Positions 26,181-29,975 of a DNA stretch of 29,975 bases are shown piece after piece. Both the position numbers and the translations under genes were made by a program. The DNA comes from Snowella sp. Lineage in GTDB: Bacteria; Cyanobacteriota; Cyanobacteriia; Cyanobacteriales; Microcystaceae. Each line of letters begins with the position of its first letter. The stretch's first letter is position 1. The notes beneath the pieces are model-generated. The model was not told the DNA's origin, searched no databases, and worked only from the letters and a program-made list of their open reading frames with translations. The stretch covers positions 1 to 29,975 of the forward strand of contig JAYKGY010000001.1 in assembly GCA_035285545.1 (NCBI GenBank). Direction: 5' to 3'.

Positions 26181-26972
26181 ATGTCCCCTCTGACCTTGAC
26201 TACCGATTTTGGTGAACGCGATGGCTATGGAGGCATTTTAAAAGGGGTAATTGCTCAAATTAATCCCCAGATCCCCGTTATTGACCTCACCCATACCATT
26301 CCACCTCAAAATATTGCTGCGGGCAGGTTCTGTTTAATGAATGCCTATCCCTATTTTCCGACCGGAACGGTTCATCTTGCCGTGGTTGACCCTGGTGTGG
26401 GCAGTCATCGTCGCGCGATCGCGGTTCAGTTGGCAGAAGGGTATTTTGTCGGCCCCGATAATGGGCTAATCAGCGGCATCTTAAGCCTTTCTCCCGCTAT
26501 TCATGCCGTAGTATTGACCAATAAAAACTATTGGCGAGTGCCCCAACCTAGCACCACTTTTCACGGACGAGATATTTTTGCCCCCGTTGCTGCCCATTTA
26601 GCCAGTGGCGTTCCGCTTGCTAATTTTGGTGATTCTATCTCAATTGAAAGCCTCGTCTCATTGCCCCTACCCAGGCTCACCCAAACCCCTGAAGCGATCG
26701 CTGGTTGCATTCAATATATTGATGTTTTCGGCAATCTGATCACCAATATTCCGCAACAGGCATTGTTAGAAAAGTCTCAAAAAATCCAGTTTATTCACCT
26801 GGGAAATCATCAAATCCCCTGGGGACAAACCTATAGTGATGCCCCATTCGGAGAGGCGATCGCCCTGATCGGGAGTCATGGTTGGTTAGAAATCGCGGTT
26901 AATGGGGGCAATGCTCAGCAACAGTTAGCCGTTGCGCTAGGGGATTCGGTTCAGATCAACCCTCTATTCTGA
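26181..26972 (+). CDS. SAM hydroxide adenosyltransferase / chlorinase-fluorinase family (DUF62)
   Basis: LTTDFG, IDLTH.IPP, HLAVVDPGVGS.RR, VGPDNG, STTFHGRDIFAP, IDVFGNLITN, LEIAVN.G. Alternative GTG start at 26166. Confidence 0.92.
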   Translation: MSPLTLTTDFGERDGYGGILKGVIAQINPQIPVIDLTHTIPPQNIAAGRFCLMNAYPYFPTGTVHLAVVDPGVGSHRRAIAVQLAEGYFVGPDNGLISGILSLSPAIHAVVLTNKNYWRVPQPSTTFHGRDIFAPVAAHLASGVPLANFGDSISIESLVSLPLPRLTQTPEAIAGCIQYIDVFGNLITNIPQQALLEKSQKIQFIHLGNHQIPWGQTYSDAPFGEAIALIGSHGWLEIAVNGGNAQQQLAVALGDSVQINPLF

Positions 26973-28160
26973 CTCCAACACAATTTTTTGTTGCCAATTT
27001 TCAATGTTTTTTTGGGCGAGATTAGACAAAGCCCTTTGATCCATTGGGACTAACTGGGCAGCCGCGATCGCATCCGGCCAGTTACCGACCTCGGCCCGAC
27101 CTTGGGCAATTTCTAAAATGGTCTGACTCCAAAAAGTAATGCGTTTTTGAGCTTCAGGATAGAGGGGAGAGGCAGGAGGAATTTTTCGGAGTTCGGCGAT
27201 CGCACGGATAAAATCGGAGGCTTGATGACGTTTGAGATGAATTTTGGCTCCCTCTAAAATCGCTTGGTCAGTCGGGGAAGAGAGAAATTGCTTAGAGTTG
27301 CCAACCCAACGAAAAGAAAGCAAGGCCACACTAAACAAAAAAAGCGGCACGAGTAACCCCAACCATCGTAAATTCGTAATTGTGAGAGAAAAAGCAGGGG
27401 GAGATAGCGGGCGGGGCTTTTTGGCGGGCTGGGGCTTTATCCGAACTCGACTCGATTGCTCGGAAGGAAGATAAATGGGCGGTTTTGGTAAGGAACTAGG
27501 AAACAGGGGCTGTTGGCGGGCTGAAAGGGTATGACTCAAAATAATTAATGGGTTTTCTCCATCCTCCCCCAAGCGATCGCGCAAATATAATTCCAACAGA
27601 TCCAAGCTCAAGGCATCTTGATAATAATGACAAGCATCCGCAAATGCCGTCGCTAACCCGCCCAGGGTATCAGGAAAACGATTAAACCGTGCAATTAGAC
27701 TCACGCCCAGTTGTCTTGCCAGTAATAGGGCCTCACTACTGATGGGATTGACCAAGCTCACGGTCGCTACATCTAAAATCAATAAAGCCGGAGCATGGGT
27801 TTGGGGTTGAAACTGAGTCAGCAGCGATCGCAGATTAACCGCACTATTTTCTAAATCTTGGTAATCGGCATCAATGGGCAGTAGATAATCCTGTTGATGA
27901 GCTTGGGTGGCATAACCCTGAAAGAAAACAATATTGGGAACACGCTCAACACTTTTGAGTAAATTGTGGCGATTGGGATAAATTACTCGTCCTTGGCCGA
28001 ATTTAACGCGATCGCTAAAAACAAGAGCTTGCCTTTCCGACAGTTGTAAATCCTGGCGTAAAAATTTTTGCAGCAAAGACAGATCGGCTTCTATGCCTTG
28101 CAGGGCCGGAAAAGACCGATAGTGGTAAATGCCAATAATGATAAATCGATAATTTTCCAT
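26964..28160 (-). CDS. Membrane-anchored pseudo-orthocaspase (degenerate peptidase C14 domain, TM, helical repeats)
   Basis: IIIGIYHY...L, FFQGYA (His to Tyr), YLLPIDA, LILDVA (Cys to Val), Pro-rich linker, one TM, AIAELRKIPPASPLYPEAQ repeat. Confidence 0.72.
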   Translation of the reverse strand: MENYRFIIIGIYHYRSFPALQGIEADLSLLQKFLRQDLQLSERQALVFSDRVKFGQGRVIYPNRHNLLKSVERVPNIVFFQGYATQAHQQDYLLPIDADYQDLENSAVNLRSLLTQFQPQTHAPALLILDVATVSLVNPISSEALLLARQLGVSLIARFNRFPDTLGGLATAFADACHYYQDALSLDLLELYLRDRLGEDGENPLIILSHTLSARQQPLFPSSLPKPPIYLPSEQSSRVRIKPQPAKKPRPLSPPAFSLTITNLRWLGLLVPLFLFSVALLSFRWVGNSKQFLSSPTDQAILEGAKIHLKRHQASDFIRAIAELRKIPPASPLYPEAQKRITFWSQTILEIAQGRAEVGNWPDAIAAAQLVPMDQRALSNLAQKNIENWQQKIVLESE

Positions 28161-28222
28161 TGTACAATGGCTAACACAACCGCGTAAAATAGAAAAGCTG
28201 TCAAATTAGAAAAGATAAACCG

Positions 28223-28399
28223 ATGGCTGTTCCTAAGAAGAAAACCTCAAAATCAAAACGTGATCAACGTCGTGCCAATTGGAGACGACAAGCGGCTGTA
28301 GAAGCCCAAAAAGCCCTCTCATTAGGCAAGTCTATTTTAACTGGACGGTCTAATAGTTTCGTTTATCCTCAACCTGAAGACGAAGACGACGAAGAGTAA
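28223..28399 (+). CDS. rpmF: 50S ribosomal protein L32 (58 aa), not in ORF track
   Basis: Hand translation [58 protein letters not shown]; Cys-less cyanobacterial/plastid type. Confidence 0.97.
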   Translation: MAVPKKKTSKSKRDQRRANWRRQAAVEAQKALSLGKSILTGRSNSFVYPQPEDEDDEE

Positions 28400-28494
28400 G
28401 GGTAATCATCAAGGATGGACTCAGGGCAGATTGCTGTCCTCTTGTCCCCTTAATTTAATGCAATTATGTTCTCTTTACATGGCATTTTTAGCAA

Positions 28495-29085
28495 ATGTTA
28501 GGGAAATTCTTTAAGAAACCAGACTCAGATAAGGCGGATCGCGTTCCCCCTGGTCAATATTTAACGGAAGGTTTTCCCGTATTGACCTACGGCCCTACGC
28601 CAGAAATTAATTTAGATACCTGGCAATTGCGGATTTGGGGATTAGCCTCTCCCCTTGTTCTGTCCTGGGACGACTTAATGGCCCTACCGCAACAGGAATT
28701 TACAGCAGATTTTCATTGTGTTACCCGTTGGTCGAGATTGGATGCCCAATGGACGGGAATTAAAATTACCGATTTATTAAACTTGGTAGAAATTGACCCC
28801 ACAGCGACCCATGTTTTGCAGCATTGTTATGGGGGCTATACGACCAACTTACCCTTAGCAGATTTTGTGCGGGACGAGAATTTTTTAGCCTTCAAGCTAT
28901 TTGGTGAACCCCTACCCCCTGATCATGGCGGGCCACTGCGATCGGTTGTTCCCCATTTATATGCTTGGAAAAGTGCCAAATGGATTAATGGGCTAGAGTT
29001 TTTACCCCAGGATGAAGCAGGATTTTGGGAACGTAACGGCTATCATCATCGTGGCGATCCTTGGGCAGAGGAAAGATACAGTTAA
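28495..29085 (+). CDS. Sulfite-oxidase-like molybdopterin oxidoreductase (cytoplasmic, YuiH-like)
   Basis: RVPPGQ, DFHCVTRWS with the Mo-ligand Cys, HGGPLR.VVPHLYAWKSAKW, GFWERNGYH; no Tat signal. Confidence 0.9.
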   Translation: MLGKFFKKPDSDKADRVPPGQYLTEGFPVLTYGPTPEINLDTWQLRIWGLASPLVLSWDDLMALPQQEFTADFHCVTRWSRLDAQWTGIKITDLLNLVEIDPTATHVLQHCYGGYTTNLPLADFVRDENFLAFKLFGEPLPPDHGGPLRSVVPHLYAWKSAKWINGLEFLPQDEAGFWERNGYHHRGDPWAEERYS

Positions 29086-29230
29086 TCATCAATGTTGCGA
29101 TTGATCAAGATTTTTGACACCCAATTAAAGGGAACCGCTCCCCACTACAGCCACTAAAATTGGTATAAATAGCAAATAACGGACTATCAGCAAACAATAG
29201 GTAATGGGTTTAAACAGTTATTTAAGTCCG

Positions 29231-29974
29231 ATGAATAGTTTAGTGGTCGGTGCATCGGGAGGAATTGGGTTGGCCTTTACCCAACAGTTGTTATCAAATG
29301 AAAACGCAGTACAGGTTTTTGCAACCTATCGAGATAGTACACCCAGCATTGAGCTAGAGAAATTACAACAAGACTATCCTCAAAAATTGCAGCTTTTAAG
29401 GCTAGATATTACGGAAGAATTGCAAATTGAAGCAATGGTTAAAAAAATCCGTCAGGAAGTTACGAAACTGCATTTAGTCGTCAATTGTGTTGGTTTACTC
29501 CATGAGGAGAACTTGCAACCGGAGAAGAATTTGCGCCAGATTCAACCGGAAAATTTACTCGCCTATTTTCAAGTGAATAGTATTGGCGGCATTTTATTAG
29601 CAAAACATTTATTGCCGTTGTTCAAGCACAGCGATCGCAGTATTTTGGCAACAATTTCTGCCAAGGTCGGGAGTATTGGAGATAATCAACTGGGGGGCTG
29701 GTATGGTTATCGGGCTTCTAAGGCAGCTTTAAATATGTTCCTAAAAACCGCAGCAATTGAATATAAACGCAGTTCTCCCCGTACCATTATCGCGTTACTC
29801 CATCCAGGCACGACGGATACTAGGTTATCTAAACCCTTTCAGCGAAACGTTCCCCCTGAAAAATTATTCTCCAGCGATCGCACCGTTCGCCAATTATTAG
29901 CCGTGCTGGATAAGCTCACCGAAGCCGATAGTGGAGGCTTTTTCTCCTGGGATGGCAGTCGGTTACCCTGGTAG
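29231..29974 (+). CDS. Short-chain dehydrogenase/reductase, C-factor (CsgA)-like
   Basis: GASGGIG, SAKVGSIGDN.LGGWYGYRASKAALN (YxxxK), HPGTTDT, DSGGFFSWDG..LPW, stop at 29972-29974. Alternative start at 29204. Confidence 0.9.
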   Translation: MNSLVVGASGGIGLAFTQQLLSNENAVQVFATYRDSTPSIELEKLQQDYPQKLQLLRLDITEELQIEAMVKKIRQEVTKLHLVVNCVGLLHEENLQPEKNLRQIQPENLLAYFQVNSIGGILLAKHLLPLFKHSDRSILATISAKVGSIGDNQLGGWYGYRASKAALNMFLKTAAIEYKRSSPRTIIALLHPGTTDTRLSKPFQRNVPPEKLFSSDRTVRQLLAVLDKLTEADSGGFFSWDGSRLPW

Positions 29975-29975
29975 T

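Larger units (their letters stand above)
1023..29881. repeat. HIP1 (GCGATCGC) dispersed throughout the window
   Basis: About 45 copies by hand count (e.g. 1023, 1703, 2225, 4199, 7489, 25993, 29874), far above chance for an 8-mer in AT-rich DNA. Confidence 0.95.

Noticed and set aside
26181..26972. Fluorinase/chlorinase biosynthetic cluster
   Set aside because: Housekeeping context with no PKS or NRPS genes; the DUF62 SAM-hydrolase motifs (VVDPGVGS.R, TFHGRD) fit the common hydroxide adenosyltransferase.
22521..27474. ORFs 22521-22742, 24179-24436, 24308-24589, 25633-25866 and 27244-27474
   Set aside because: Nested in or antisense to clear genes.
1..29975. CRISPR arrays, tRNA/rRNA, IS transposases, prophage or defence genes
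   Set aside because: No spaced direct-repeat arrays, cloverleafs or such protein motifs were seen by eye.

Overview
This is chromosomal DNA from a cyanobacterium: about 45 HIP1 octamers (GCGATCGC) by hand count, and a gene arrangement like that of unicellular Chroococcales. Most genes are core or housekeeping: pyrD, a GPH/MelB-type MFS transporter, ruvC, an orphan PatA-type response regulator, opcA (without zwf), YciI, DUF72, hypF, a CmpR-like LysR regulator, a PepSY-like secreted protein, an MlaD/MCE protein, ribD, an S1-domain protein, rplT, rpmI, a DUF62 SAM hydrolase, a pseudo-orthocaspase, a sulfite-oxidase-like molybdoenzyme and a CsgA-like SDR. The ORF track misses three small genes: ndhQ (1744-1884), a pirA-like gene (25875-26036, with an NtcA box) and rpmF (28223-28399). 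The most interesting part is 18269-24941. It holds a minus-strand purine-catabolism cluster (stand-alone allophanate-hydrolase-C/GGCT-like gene, puuE, uraH, uraD, ccbP, xdhC) whose sigma70-type promoter is overlapped by a perfect TGTATAC-C-GTATACA palindrome. Divergent from it is a two-gene unit pairing a solute-binding lipoprotein with an MscS-family channel and no ABC permease or ATPase. No CRISPR array, tRNA, rRNA or transposase was seen. All family calls come from recalled motifs, not database searches.
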